Part shown: in pieces, positions 18,506 through 28,272 of the stretch | Position numbering within the stretch: the stretch's first letter is position 1 | Layout: every line of letters starts with the position of its first letter | From: a virus | Length of the DNA stretch: 64,000 bases | IMG/VR virus record: IMGVR_UViG_3300002835_000063 | Span: 1-64,000 of that record | Strand: one strand, 5' to 3' | The notes under the pieces: generated by a model | Told to the model about the DNA's origin: nothing | Databases searched by the model: none | Seen by the model: the letters and a program-made list of their open reading frames with translations, nothing else | Program-made: the position numbers and the translations under genes

Positions 18506-18700
18506 CTATTTAACTGGTCTGGCGTCAATGATGAAGTTGTACATGTACTTGGTTTCCATCATTGTTGTCGATTCAGCAATATCCCCTGACCCAAAAGTCT
18601 GGTGAAACTTTCTTAAAATCTTTAGAATTCGTTCCCGCTCAGTGGCTACACCTTTTTCAAATGCAGCCATTTCCTCTGGGGTTCCTTCAAACTTAGCCAT
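18506..18700 (-). CDS. Hypothetical protein
   Basis: FEKGVATERERI motif; AAGGAG RBS before the ATG at 18700. Confidence 0.6.
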   Translation of the reverse strand: MAKFEGTPEEMAAFEKGVATERERILKILRKFHQTFGSGDIAESTTMMETKYMYNFIIDARPVK

Positions 18701-18971
18701 TAAATATCTCCTTAACGCAGCACCCGTCGCACCCATGAACAGTATTTAAAGCAATATCGTCTGGGTCCGGATGTCCAACACCGTGAGGGCACATTCTTTC
18801 CATAATATGGCGATCTTGCCTCCACCTCTGAGGAAATCCTAACATATGATGATCAGAGGGGTTATGGAGAGTGCAGTAGTCATTCTTGCACTTATTACTT
18901 GCATGGACGTTTACAATTACATGATTGTAGTCATCTACCCAGGAATTTTTGCCAAGATATTTAGCGGACAT
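18693..18971 (-). CDS. Cys/His-rich hypothetical phage protein
   Basis: CTLHNPSDH...ERMCPHGVGHPDPD...HGCDGCC. Confidence 0.7.
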   Translation of the reverse strand: MSAKYLGKNSWVDDYNHVIVNVHASNKCKNDYCTLHNPSDHHMLGFPQRWRQDRHIMERMCPHGVGHPDPDDIALNTVHGCDGCCVKEIFNG

Positions 18972-19249
18972 TATGCGCTGTGAAGCTCTCCCATAGTCCA
19001 AACAACTTCTTCATATCCATCTCGAGAGATGATTCTAAAGCGAGCGCCGTCTGGAATCTCTACGATAGCTAGAGTTGATCCGCCATCGCCACGGTTGTCT
19101 CCAGCCTCAAACGAAGCAATAAGACGCTCGTCAGCTCGGTTTACGTCTGACACCTTCATGTATGGAACAGTCTGCAGCTCCGGGAAAAGAGTCTTCTGAC
19201 GCTCAGACAAAGTAAACCCGTGCGAGCAGTGGTTAACTAATAGTTTCAT
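18971..19249 (-). CDS. Hypothetical phage protein
   Basis: LAIVEIPDG...DGYEEV; AGGAG RBS. Confidence 0.7.
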   Translation of the reverse strand: MKLLVNHCSHGFTLSERQKTLFPELQTVPYMKVSDVNRADERLIASFEAGDNRGDGGSTLAIVEIPDGARFRIISRDGYEEVVWTMGELHSA

Positions 19250-19403
19250 TTTTTCTCCTGTTTTTTAGCTTCTGCCACATAAAGCTTAGTGCTAATAGCA
19301 TCTGGCAATTTCCGAACTATTATATCCAAGTCGTTTTTGTTGTCGCTCTTCCAGAGAGGAGAATTCTCTTTTTTAGTGTAAACGATCCAAGTAGTCACAG
19401 TGG

Positions 19404-19631
19404 TTACCTATTTAGTTTTAACTTTCCGCTTTTTAGGTCTGCTTCAATTAACGCCCAGAGTTCTGCTCCGTTAAGAGTATCTACCTTTTTCTTTTTTAGA
19501 ATGACATTAGGCCTATCGCAGTTCCTTGGATACAAAGCCTTGTGATAGTGATACTGACAAAGCCGCTTTGCTTTAATCTGTTTCTCGCAGCCATCAAACT
19601 CGCAATGGCCTTCTCTTGTCATTATTGGCAT
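19404..19631 (-). CDS. Small Zn-finger protein
   Basis: CEFDGC...LCQYHY. Confidence 0.6.
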   Translation of the reverse strand: MPIMTREGHCEFDGCEKQIKAKRLCQYHYHKALYPRNCDRPNVILKKKKVDTLNGAELWALIEADLKSGKLKLNR

Positions 19632-19973
19632 TTATTCTCCGTTACTGACATCCCTAAACCGGCTATTTGGAAATAACTCCCTCATTCTAGCCCTTCGCTT
19701 TTTGGCCACTTCAGGATCTTCAACGTAAGGTTCAATAGGGGCGTCTAAATCTTCGTACTCTTTCTCAATCCTCCGGCGAGCTCCTCCGATATCATCCCCG
19801 ATTTCTTCATGCAAATCTAAGTGTGACAAAGCTTCCCGGGGAGTTTTTAGAGAGGTAAACCCAAAAATCTCGTCCCCATCAGGTAGTGCCAAAGAGCAAC
19901 CACAGCACTCAATAAATCCACCCACGTGCTCGTAGATGTAAACATCCGAGCTGCCAAATCTCTCAAAACTCAT
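19632..19973 (-). CDS. Hypothetical phage protein
   Basis: MSFERFGSSDVYIY...ECCGCSL. Confidence 0.7.
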   Translation of the reverse strand: MSFERFGSSDVYIYEHVGGFIECCGCSLALPDGDEIFGFTSLKTPREALSHLDLHEEIGDDIGGARRRIEKEYEDLDAPIEPYVEDPEVAKKRRARMRELFPNSRFRDVSNGE

Positions 19974-20124
19974 GCGGTTGCCTTTCTAATAACTTCCAAC
20001 ACTAACTGCTCGGCCATTTCCTCGCTAAACCCCTGGGCTATAAGCTGATTTCTCATACCGCCCATAATCTCACCATACTGAGTGACGGCGTCTATCATCT
20101 TTGAAATATCTTCTGGATTCACGT

Positions 20125-20433
20125 TTATCTCCTACTAAACACTACTTCAAAACCAAAGTCTTCAACAGTCTGTATTGCATCCTTTAGTCTGCCAACTTCT
20201 TTTTCAGCTACAGATACCCCGTACTCGTAGCCCTCTTGAAACTTTCTAAGAGCCCATCGATCTAGCTCAGGGCTGGTGCAACTTTGCACTTTATAACTGT
20301 AGACAGTCCCGCAGTCGCCGCACTGCCAATCTTCCTTATTCACTTTTGCTTTCTTTTTATTGTGCTGACGCTTTCTGTATTCACCAATTTTTATGGCCTC
20401 TTCAAGTTCATTAAAAGATTCGTGACGCTTCAT
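20125..20433 (-). CDS. Hypothetical protein
   Basis: WQCGDCG; coupled start. Confidence 0.6.
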   Translation of the reverse strand: MKRHESFNELEEAIKIGEYRKRQHNKKKAKVNKEDWQCGDCGTVYSYKVQSCTSPELDRWALRKFQEGYEYGVSVAEKEVGRLKDAIQTVEDFGFEVVFSRR

Positions 20434-20672
20434 TACAGCTCTCCCCTAATTCTTTCAATTGTTAGCAGGTGTCTTTCAGTCAACGTCTCTTTACTGGCTA
20501 ATGCAAACCAAGCAGTTTTATCTATAAAACATTTTGGGCAAGTGCGGGGAGACACAATTCCCCAAGCACCCATCCTCGGCGGGAAGTCCCAGCCCCGACT
20601 GAACCCCTCCTCAGATGTCAGCTCAGCTTCGGTGTCGCACACCTCGCACCAGTGCAAAATTTTTTCACTCAT
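20433..20672 (-). CDS. Zn-ribbon hypothetical protein
   Basis: CEVC...CPKC. Confidence 0.65.
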   Translation of the reverse strand: MSEKILHWCEVCDTEAELTSEEGFSRGWDFPPRMGAWGIVSPRTCPKCFIDKTAWFALASKETLTERHLLTIERIRGEL

Positions 20673-20837
20673 TTATTAGTAACTTCTTCCTACCCAAAAC
20701 GTATATACGTGCCTACCCCAAAAGAAGTCTACGCCTTTTCTTTTAGGGTGCCACTCAAAGCATATCCCGTAATGCTTCTCTACTGCAAATCGACTTGGGG
20801 GGTAATGTCTAAAATTTATGCGAAACATAAATTTATT

Positions 20838-20966
20838 TTATCTATATTTTGCGCTAAATAGTTGATAGAACAATGCACCAATAACCAACATCACTGGCAG
20901 CATTCCAACTAATATCACAACTTGAACTACGGTCCAATCGATCTTTTTCCATAAATACTTAATCAT
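20838..20966 (-). CDS. 42 aa single-TM protein
   Basis: Hand translation MIKYLWKKIDWTVVQVVILVGML... Confidence 0.5.
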   Translation of the reverse strand: MIKYLWKKIDWTVVQVVILVGMLPVMLVIGALFYQLFSAKYR

Positions 20967-21073
20967 TACTTCCTCTTTCCCCATCTTTCAATCGCAAACC
21001 AAATACCTAAAATTGCAAAAGCAACATAGTAGGCCCAGGCAGATCCGAATAGTTCCCGCATAAGGGCGTCCAT
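20966..21073 (-). CDS. 35 aa single-TM protein
   Basis: Hand translation MDALMRELFGSAWAYYVAFAILGIWF... Confidence 0.5.
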   Translation of the reverse strand: MDALMRELFGSAWAYYVAFAILGIWFAIERWGKRK

Positions 21074-21223
21074 TATTTTTCGTCCCTGTCAGGAATCTCA
21101 TTGGTGATTTTGAAAAAAGCTAAATCGTTGGCTGCTTCTTTTGCTAGCTTTCCGCCCATGTCGGTTAGCATCTTTGCTACCTCGATCTTTGCAAAGATCT
21201 CAGCTAGCTGATCAGTGGAATAT

Positions 21224-21568
21224 TTATTCTTCTTGTCCATCAGTCTCTACCATTTTCCTTATTAGGTGGATCGTCATTTTGGCGTCCTCCTCAGAATCTA
21301 GCAGGTTCTCCTCAAACTTGTCAAGTATTCCTAAAAATCTTTTTTCAGCCATCTTCTCTCCCAGTTCATACCAGGATTCTCCAGCTGCATCAGTAAGGGC
21401 GTCTATCGCATTAAGCGCCTCTTGCTTCTTAAGGATGGCCTTGGCAATGCTGACTTCAAAGATTTCCATATCCCCCTCCCCAAAGGTGGAAAACGAAGCC
21501 CCCCTAAAGCCCGAAGGCTCCTTCAAGGGATCTTCTACATACTCAAAGTCATTTAGTGCCATGCCCAC
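21224..21568 (-). CDS. Hypothetical acidic protein
   Basis: 114 aa ORF. Confidence 0.6.
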   Translation of the reverse strand: MGMALNDFEYVEDPLKEPSGFRGASFSTFGEGDMEIFEVSIAKAILKKQEALNAIDALTDAAGESWYELGEKMAEKRFLGILDKFEENLLDSEEDAKMTIHLIRKMVETDGQEE

Positions 21569-21582
21569 AGCCTAGCACAGGT

Positions 21583-23067
21583 TTACCGGGATTTTGCTCT
21601 AGTAAATTCGTTATAAAAACTTTCGGCAGCATGCCTGTGCCAGTGAGCCCCAAAGTGGGGGTGGCCAAGAGCAGAGTCGGTACCTGCAAAATATTCATCA
21701 GGAAATTCTTTTTTAATTTCTGCATGGCACAAAGTTCCGCAGGTGCATTCAACCCCCGGATTAATGTGACTAGATAAGCACAGCTCAAAATCAGCATAGT
21801 TGTCAAAAAATATTTCTTTAATACTATTTTCTGATAGCTTAATTCTGGAATAGTCAAAATTGTGATCGTATAAATTAAAAAATTTCTCAAATCTTGTGTC
21901 TGGCTCAAGCTGAGAGTCTATAACTAATCCGTTAAATACAGGATCCCAAGTGGCCCAAAATAATTTTATGTCCGCTGCCCTACAGTATTGCTCTAAATAT
22001 CTAATGCTTTTCATTGCGTCATATATTGCTAAATCATCGGAAAAAACTTTTCTATAGTCATATGGAAGTTTAATTAATTTATTATTTTTTTCTTTTTCTA
22101 CTCCCAAATATACAGTTTGAAAAAATTTTTTATTCGATTCACTACTTTCTTTTTCTATATTTGTAGGAACTTTATTTTTGTTATTTAATTTTTCTGCATA
22201 AAACACACCATCTACCGGCACATAAAATCTTTTATAGTCAGGGAAAAGACAAAAAAGATACTCCGGGTTCCCATATGTTTCTACATATTTAAAAATAGAA
22301 TTTACTATTTGACCAGTAGAAGCACCAGACTTACCTATATTTGTATGATCTAAATTTAAAAGTTTGGCCACCTGAGTCGCCCAAATGTTTTCTATAGAGA
22401 CTCCCACTCCGTATGTTACCGAGCAGCCAGCAAATAATAGGGGGGTTTTTTCTAATTCTTTTTTTGATCTAAACCCGTTCGAATTATTTTCATATATTCT
22501 TTTTGGATCATCTTCAATAATTTTTTTTGAGTTGTATTCTGTCTCAGAATAAAAAGTTTTTCTTGCATTCAAAGTTAATTTGTAGTTACTTTTTTCACTA
22601 AACACCGAACTGTCTATTTGTTCTTTAATTTTTTCATTAAATTTTAATTTTCTGAGTTTAGTTATTCTATCTAAAATTGGCTCCATAAACTCATCAACAG
22701 AGTCTAAGCTTGAACATTTATATAAAACAAAATTATTATTTAAATTAAGTTGATCGTTAATTTCTTGCGAAAAGTCATCGTCTTTCTCCGAACAATCAAA
22801 AATAACATCGTGCCCCATATATCCACTTGAATTTAACCACTCGTGGTCGTCACCAATAGTTATGCTTAATTTTTCATTATTGAAATATTTATTGTTTATT
22901 TTCCAAAAGTTTTGGTTATTTAATTGAGCTTCTGGAAAGTCTTTTAACTTTTTTACATAGACTATGTGTATTCTTATGTCTTTCCCGTAGCCAGGTAGAC
23001 AAGTAAATTTGTCTACTACAGCTTTACCTATAGGACCATACCCAAATATACAAGCACTTAAAATCAT
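21583..23067 (-). CDS. Rossmann-like N-terminus fused to an SGNH-hydrolase-like domain
   Basis: IFGYGPIG; NSNGFRS...FAGCSVTYGVG...NIGKSGAS...HPHFGAHWH. Confidence 0.6.
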   Translation of the reverse strand: MILSACIFGYGPIGKAVVDKFTCLPGYGKDIRIHIVYVKKLKDFPEAQLNNQNFWKINNKYFNNEKLSITIGDDHEWLNSSGYMGHDVIFDCSEKDDDFSQEINDQLNLNNNFVLYKCSSLDSVDEFMEPILDRITKLRKLKFNEKIKEQIDSSVFSEKSNYKLTLNARKTFYSETEYNSKKIIEDDPKRIYENNSNGFRSKKELEKTPLLFAGCSVTYGVGVSIENIWATQVAKLLNLDHTNIGKSGASTGQIVNSIFKYVETYGNPEYLFCLFPDYKRFYVPVDGVFYAEKLNNKNKVPTNIEKESSESNKKFFQTVYLGVEKEKNNKLIKLPYDYRKVFSDDLAIYDAMKSIRYLEQYCRAADIKLFWATWDPVFNGLVIDSQLEPDTRFEKFFNLYDHNFDYSRIKLSENSIKEIFFDNYADFELCLSSHINPGVECTCGTLCHAEIKKEFPDEYFAGTDSALGHPHFGAHWHRHAAESFYNEFTRAKSR

Positions 23068-23069
23068 AA

Positions 23070-23690
23070 TTAATTTTTATCATTAACGTCAAAGAAATTA
23101 AATCCCGAGACATTTCCTTTATTTGCCCAAAATAAAACAATGTTTTTTCTATTTCCAGCTGTCACTTCGTGAACTCCATGCTGATGTTCGACGTCTCCTT
23201 TAAATAGCAACAAATCCCCGGCCCGAGGGGAATAAACAAAATTTAGTTCTGGAAAATATATATCTCCACCCTCAAAGTCTTGCCCTTGAGTATTTAAATA
23301 AATAAGGCCACTCCACTCCAGCTCTTGAGGAATTTCATTGTCGTGAATGGGGGTGCCATCTAATCTAGTTGCATCTGCATGTAATGGATTAAAAGCACCC
23401 GTCAAAAGATTTTGATAGTTTGCTTGACAAAGATCTAGCTCGCATCCAAAAACTTCTTCTGCATACTTTTTTGTTTGCTCAAACAAAGCCCCCAAATTTT
23501 TGTTTACTGGATCGTAGTCTCCAGGTATGACTCCAGTCTCTTCATTTATTTTTGACGCAGCTAAAGAGGACTCATACCCCAAAGCATTTATAATTTTGCC
23601 CTGCCCGGGGTAGCTGTGAAGATCTAAAAACTCTATATATTTTTTACAGTCTTCTTCACTTATGTAGCGTTCTTTAACTAGTACAGTCAT
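23070..23690 (-). CDS. 2OG-Fe(II) oxygenase (prolyl-hydroxylase-like)
   Basis: HAD...YLN...FEGG...HGV...R. Confidence 0.88.
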   Translation of the reverse strand: MTVLVKERYISEEDCKKYIEFLDLHSYPGQGKIINALGYESSLAASKINEETGVIPGDYDPVNKNLGALFEQTKKYAEEVFGCELDLCQANYQNLLTGAFNPLHADATRLDGTPIHDNEIPQELEWSGLIYLNTQGQDFEGGDIYFPELNFVYSPRAGDLLLFKGDVEHQHGVHEVTAGNRKNIVLFWANKGNVSGFNFFDVNDKN

Positions 23691-23694
23691 GCCA

Positions 23695-24315
23695 CTAAGT
23701 ATAATCTACGTCAAACCTATTACCATCTGACACATTGCCACGCTTTGCCCAGAAGAATACTAGGTTTTTTCTTTCGCCTTCCAACACTGTTCGAACTTCG
23801 TGCCTGTGCTCCATGTCACCACGGAAAATCACTAAGTCTCCGGCTTTAGGGAAATACTCTAAGTCTTGCTTTTCAAAGTAGAGAGTTCCCCCCTCAAAGT
23901 CTTTACCATTGGTATTCAGATACAAAAGACCGCTCCACTCGACTTCCTCGGGGGATCCGTCTTTAGCGAGAGGGCTGCCGTCATCTTTCGTGGTATCTGA
24001 GTGCATAGGATTTGAACTACCTTTAGGTAGCATTTGATAGTTTGCATTACATAAATCAAGCTCTTCCCCAAAAACATCTTCGGCTTTAGCTTTTATTTTT
24101 TCGAATAGTTCGCCTATTTCAAAGTTGATTTCATTTTGTTCCCCAGGTATTACACCGGTATCTTTGCCAATTTTAGAAGCAACTAGCGAGGACGGATAGC
24201 CTAAAGCATTCATAATTTGAGTACGTTCACTCAGTGTGGCCTTAGGCTCTAAAAAGCTAAGATATCTTTTGCAATCTTCTTCACTAATAAATTGTTCAAC
24301 TATTGTGATCGGCAT
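23695..24315 (-). CDS. 2OG-Fe(II) oxygenase; tandem paralog of 23070-23690
   Basis: HSD...YLN...FEGG...HEV...R; both 206 aa with shared NALGY and EWSGL. Confidence 0.88.
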   Translation of the reverse strand: MPITIVEQFISEEDCKRYLSFLEPKATLSERTQIMNALGYPSSLVASKIGKDTGVIPGEQNEINFEIGELFEKIKAKAEDVFGEELDLCNANYQMLPKGSSNPMHSDTTKDDGSPLAKDGSPEEVEWSGLLYLNTNGKDFEGGTLYFEKQDLEYFPKAGDLVIFRGDMEHRHEVRTVLEGERKNLVFFWAKRGNVSDGNRFDVDYT

Positions 24316-24324
24316 AGTAAAATT

Positions 24325-24498
24325 TTACAGGTCTAGCTTATATACGACTCTACCGATAGCGTGCCAAGGAAAAAGCGACAGCCGATCAGAGTTGCCACCT
24401 ATATGCAGATACAGTCCCCAGGACGTTTCCTCTGCAATCATGCCCTCAAACACCATGCCATCAACCATCATTACTGATGCCCATTTATTCTTGTTCAT
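24325..24498 (-). CDS. Hypothetical 57 aa protein
   Basis: Hand translation MNKNKWASVMMVDGMVFEG... Confidence 0.5.
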   Translation of the reverse strand: MNKNKWASVMMVDGMVFEGMIAEETSWGLYLHIGGNSDRLSLFPWHAIGRVVYKLDL

Positions 24499-24682
24499 TT
24501 AAATCACGTTCTTTCCAAAGTCTTTCAATTAATTCAGCCGTATCAAATCTTCTTACTGCTCTTGTATTGATCCCCGGTTGGGACGCCACTTGTACTATTT
24601 CTAGTCCTTCAGCTTTGTATCGGTGCAGCGCCTCCATGATTCGTTTGCGCTCAGCCTGAACTCCACGCTCAAACTCATCCAT
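24485..24682 (-). CDS. Hypothetical protein
   Basis: FERGVQAERKRI motif. Confidence 0.55.
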   Translation of the reverse strand: MDEFERGVQAERKRIMEALHRYKAEGLEIVQVASQPGINTRAVRRFDTAELIERLWKERDLNEQE

Positions 24683-24833
24683 CTTCGCCTCCATGACACT
24701 TGCAAGCACACTTGTACCTAGGAATCCTAACTACACACGTATCATGATGTCCAGTGCTGCACCACCCAAACATCGCTGTTCGCTCTTCGTTTTCTTCAAC
24801 AATAGGGGCGTTTACTTTTTTGTCTTTAGCCAT
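24675..24833 (-). CDS. 52 aa Cys/His-rich protein
   Basis: Hand translation ...FGWCSTGHHDTC...CACKCH. Confidence 0.55.
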   Translation of the reverse strand: MAKDKKVNAPIVEENEERTAMFGWCSTGHHDTCVVRIPRYKCACKCHGGEDG

Positions 24834-24834
24834 T

Positions 24835-25035
24835 TCAATCTTTTCCCCACTGGATGTTTAGCCACATCCGCTCGTGGAGGTAGTACAGCACAAAGTTGAT
24901 CACATTAGATATTAAAGTCAAAGATGCGGCAAATGTCAAGCTGCCAGTTAAAAAGTACCCAATTCCAAAAGTACTCACGATAGCCACAACCCGCCAAGTC
25001 AGCGACTTAGCCCAAGATCTTTTCTTACTTACCAT
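24835..25035 (-). CDS. DUF2061-like small membrane protein
   Basis: RSWAKSLTWR...YYLHERMW. Confidence 0.8.
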   Translation of the reverse strand: MVSKKRSWAKSLTWRVVAIVSTFGIGYFLTGSLTFAASLTLISNVINFVLYYLHERMWLNIQWGKD

Positions 25036-25723
25036 CTTGCAAGTCTTTAATTCTTACTTGGGAAATAAGCAGCTTATCTTCAGAAACATCATTATAGACA
25101 AACTTCCTACCCAACTGCAAAGCAACCACCCCGACAGTCCCACATCCAGCAAAAATGTCTGCAACAACATCTCCCGGTTCGGAGTAGTTTTTTATCATTT
25201 CTCGATATACACCTTCCGGCGCAGCCCCGACTGTTGAATAGTTTGTGTGATAATCCTTAAGTTCTTCGGTAGCCTCTGACCACGAGTTAGTAAGAACAAA
25301 TGGTCCCTGCGGGCGATCCCCCGCGCTCCAAGGTTTTTTGGTAAAGTGTGCAAATAAAACAGTAGAGTTGCCGCCCATATCAAATTTAGATGAGTAGTCC
25401 CATAGTCTTATGCTTTGGAGTTGTAGTTTAGTTTTATCAAATATTTTTGGCAAAATCCCAAGGCCCAGCCTGGTATTCTCAAGAGCAATAAACATATGGC
25501 CGTCTTCTTTTAAAGCAGCTTCCATGTGAAGAAAAGAAAGCAGCAGTCTTTCTAGATATTGATCTAGGCTTTCGGCATTCTGCATTTGCTTGGTTGGATC
25601 ACCACCATTTAGCTCTAATTCAGTCATATAGTAGGGCGGATGGCCAATAAATAAATCTACAGAAGACTCCTCAAGAAATTTTTCTGAAGCATCTTTACAA
25701 TAAAAAGTTACACTGTTTTTCAT
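25025..25723 (-). CDS. SAM-dependent methyltransferase, DNA MTase-like; paralog of 2101-2805
   Basis: HPPY; GDVVADIFAGCGT. Confidence 0.75.
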   Translation of the reverse strand: MKNSVTFYCKDASEKFLEESSVDLFIGHPPYYMTELELNGGDPTKQMQNAESLDQYLERLLLSFLHMEAALKEDGHMFIALENTRLGLGILPKIFDKTKLQLQSIRLWDYSSKFDMGGNSTVLFAHFTKKPWSAGDRPQGPFVLTNSWSEATEELKDYHTNYSTVGAAPEGVYREMIKNYSEPGDVVADIFAGCGTVGVVALQLGRKFVYNDVSEDKLLISQVRIKDLQDGK

Positions 25724-25737
25724 ATATTCACGCTATC

Positions 25738-26487
25738 TTATTTGCCAGTAAAATTTTTCCAAGGATAGTTACCGCCCGGATACATATCCATGTAGTAAAT
25801 ATTGCCAATTAAGAAAAATTCTTTTTTCACGGATTTAGGTCCCCCACCTAGTCTGTAGCCTAAGGTGTACAGCCCAGTTGTTTCGTATTTGCCAGAAAAT
25901 GCTGTTTTTAATGACATTGAATACACGGCGTCAGCATTGTAGGGGTGCAGCCACTTTCTTCCGGTTCTTCTTATAAAAGCCGTTCTAAAGAAAAAGCAGC
26001 TCGTGTCAATTAAAAATCCGGTCCCCCCTGAGTTCCAAATAGGCCAAAGACCTAGCGACTCACAATTATCATCTGTTACGTAGGTCCTATCTTTTTCGTA
26101 GATAGATCTCAATGAAAAAGCTAGTTCTAGATTTTCATTATTGTCAAGTTTGGCAGCCAGACTTGAAATATGATTTACTTCATACCAGTTGTCTTGATCT
26201 AAAAAAGCAATGTATTCGCTATTTACAAGCGCAGGTACAGCCGAGTAAACCCTATGTCCATTCCAACCATTGGCTCCAGTGTTGTATGGGAGCACCATAA
26301 CAGTTGGATTCGTTCCAGACCTTTCAACCATTTCAATAACCTTAGGCAAAAACTCCTGACCATCGACAACTACTAAGTGATCGATTGGCCCATCGTAGTC
26401 TTGGTTTTCTACACTAATAAGGGCGTCTACTAATTCTGGTGCGCCGGTTGTAGGAGTTATCACGGTAACGCTTCTACCTAAGCTCAT
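25738..26487 (-). CDS. Glycosyltransferase family 2
   Basis: VTVITPT, LVVVDG, YIAFLDQD. Confidence 0.85.
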   Translation of the reverse strand: MSLGRSVTVITPTTGAPELVDALISVENQDYDGPIDHLVVVDGQEFLPKVIEMVERSGTNPTVMVLPYNTGANGWNGHRVYSAVPALVNSEYIAFLDQDNWYEVNHISSLAAKLDNNENLELAFSLRSIYEKDRTYVTDDNCESLGLWPIWNSGGTGFLIDTSCFFFRTAFIRRTGRKWLHPYNADAVYSMSLKTAFSGKYETTGLYTLGYRLGGGPKSVKKEFFLIGNIYYMDMYPGGNYPWKNFTGK

Positions 26488-27142
26488 AGATAATCTCCTT
26501 GTGGTGCTTCACTTTAATTCTGGTGTCCAAGTAAATAGTAAACCCATTACGCCTTGCATTCATGCAGAACGAATAGTCCTCACCAATGTTCAAATCAAAA
26601 TCCAAGTGCGCCCACCTAATTCTCTCCATCAAGAACCACGGCCTGTCACACCTCTCAAACACACCACTCTTCATTGCCACAAAGCCGAATCCGACGCCGA
26701 ATACTTCAACAATAGGGGCGTCTATCAAAATGAAGTCTTGCTCTCGCACAACGGTTGGCTGACCAATCCCGTCAAACATTGCAACTGCCACGCGTCCATC
26801 TGGTGCAGTTTGGTACATGCCACCGACAATGTCTAGCTCGTGCTCCCACAGTGCTTTGAACTGCTCGATGCCCCAGCTGATGTCAGAATCAATCCAGATG
26901 ACTTTGTCATAGGTAAACTGCCCGCTGCCAAGCTCTCGCGTTTCCCAGTTTGGATTGTAGGCGTCCAGCGCAGTCAACTCTCTGGTTGTAGATATCAACG
27001 ACCCAGACTTGTTTAGCCACTTGTAAGTCAGTCCCTGCTCGCCTAGCCAGCGCAAAGTTTCGACAAGGCTAGTTACATACCCCTGGTGCAGCTCTTTACC
27101 AGGCGTAGCGATCACTACGTTGTAGTGCGGCTTATCGCTCAT
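26474..27142 (-). CDS. GT-A fold glycosyltransferase
   Basis: WIDSDI, GFGFV, GEDYSFC, HHK. Confidence 0.75.
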   Translation of the reverse strand: MSDKPHYNVVIATPGKELHQGYVTSLVETLRWLGEQGLTYKWLNKSGSLISTTRELTALDAYNPNWETRELGSGQFTYDKVIWIDSDISWGIEQFKALWEHELDIVGGMYQTAPDGRVAVAMFDGIGQPTVVREQDFILIDAPIVEVFGVGFGFVAMKSGVFERCDRPWFLMERIRWAHLDFDLNIGEDYSFCMNARRNGFTIYLDTRIKVKHHKEIIYELR

Positions 27143-27938
27143 GATACATTCTCCACAACTGCTTCCATTTGCTGTCCTGAGTTCCTGACAGCCATGGTTT
27201 GCTCTTACCAGCAAAGTGTACAACCACAGGGTCTAATACCGGAAGAGATTTATAAATATTAGCTAAATAGTTAAAATTAATGCTCAGCGCTGACCAGTTA
27301 TTTTTAAAGACAACATTAAAGACATCCTGGTCTGCGTACCCAAGCCAATCATCAAAGTTCATAGAAACATCCATCAAAACGTCTTCTATGTTGTTTTCCC
27401 TGAAATAGTCCAGGTTAATCACCATGACCCCGCTATTGAAGATTGACGTATCCCTAAATGTCTCGTTTTCTGGAAAGCTTAGTTGGATCTCAGGGAACGC
27501 AGCAATAGGGGCGTCTCCTAACTTGTAATCAAGCAGCGGCTGGATATCTCTGGCAATTATGCAGTCAACGTCTATGTAAACGGCTTTTCGATAATCCACG
27601 CACACGCTGCCGACAAAGTATCGATATAGAGATGTTCCGGTGTATTGCTTATTTTTATACATCTTGCCCACAAAGCCGCTTTCCTCGTGCGGGCGAACAT
27701 TCTCGGGATAGGTAAACTCAACGTCTAGATTGGGGAAAACAAAGTCAGCAGCCCTGTAGTGAATGTCTTCTGGAGACAAGACAAAGACCTTTAGCTTGTT
27801 AGCTCCGCTATAGTTGGCGCTCACGCTCTTTAATAGCGTCTTGGCGTAGTCAACAAAATAGACATCCGTTGAGATAACCAAGCAAGTGTCTTTAGTTGGG
27901 ACGCAAGTTACGCAGTCTTTTTGTTTAATCCTCGGCAT
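27132..27938 (-). CDS. Glycosyltransferase family 8
   Basis: YIDVD, FNSGVMVINL, DQDVFN, HFAGKSKPW. Confidence 0.92.
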   Translation of the reverse strand: MPRIKQKDCVTCVPTKDTCLVISTDVYFVDYAKTLLKSVSANYSGANKLKVFVLSPEDIHYRAADFVFPNLDVEFTYPENVRPHEESGFVGKMYKNKQYTGTSLYRYFVGSVCVDYRKAVYIDVDCIIARDIQPLLDYKLGDAPIAAFPEIQLSFPENETFRDTSIFNSGVMVINLDYFRENNIEDVLMDVSMNFDDWLGYADQDVFNVVFKNNWSALSINFNYLANIYKSLPVLDPVVVHFAGKSKPWLSGTQDSKWKQLWRMYHER

Positions 27939-28272
27939 CTTCTAGCTCAGCCTTTTTAGCCTTCATCTTTGCTTTGTGCTCTGCAGCAAGGTTCCCAACA
28001 GTTTGATTTTTGTAGTGCACCCGCTTAATTCGATCAAGCTTAAAGCTTCGCCACTGTTCGGCTCCCTTGGGGCCGCCCCAGACATCAATCCATTCTGCAC
28101 CGTTAGTGTTTTTAACAAATCTAATAAATCGGTAGCGCCCACGCTCCCCGATGATTTTTAATTCGGTTCCAGGAGTAATGTTGCGGCCATGGACCTGGAT
28201 TTCAGTTTTATATTCCCACTCAGCGTTTGGCCGAGGTATTAGAGGCTCTGACGCCTTGTTTTTTCTCCCCAC
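27925..28272 (-). CDS. Hypothetical protein (possible SH3-like beta domain)
   Basis: PGTELKIIGERGRYRF...WIDVWGG. Confidence 0.6.
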   Translation of the reverse strand: MGRKNKASEPLIPRPNAEWEYKTEIQVHGRNITPGTELKIIGERGRYRFIRFVKNTNGAEWIDVWGGPKGAEQWRSFKLDRIKRVHYKNQTVGNLAAEHKAKMKAKKAELEDAED

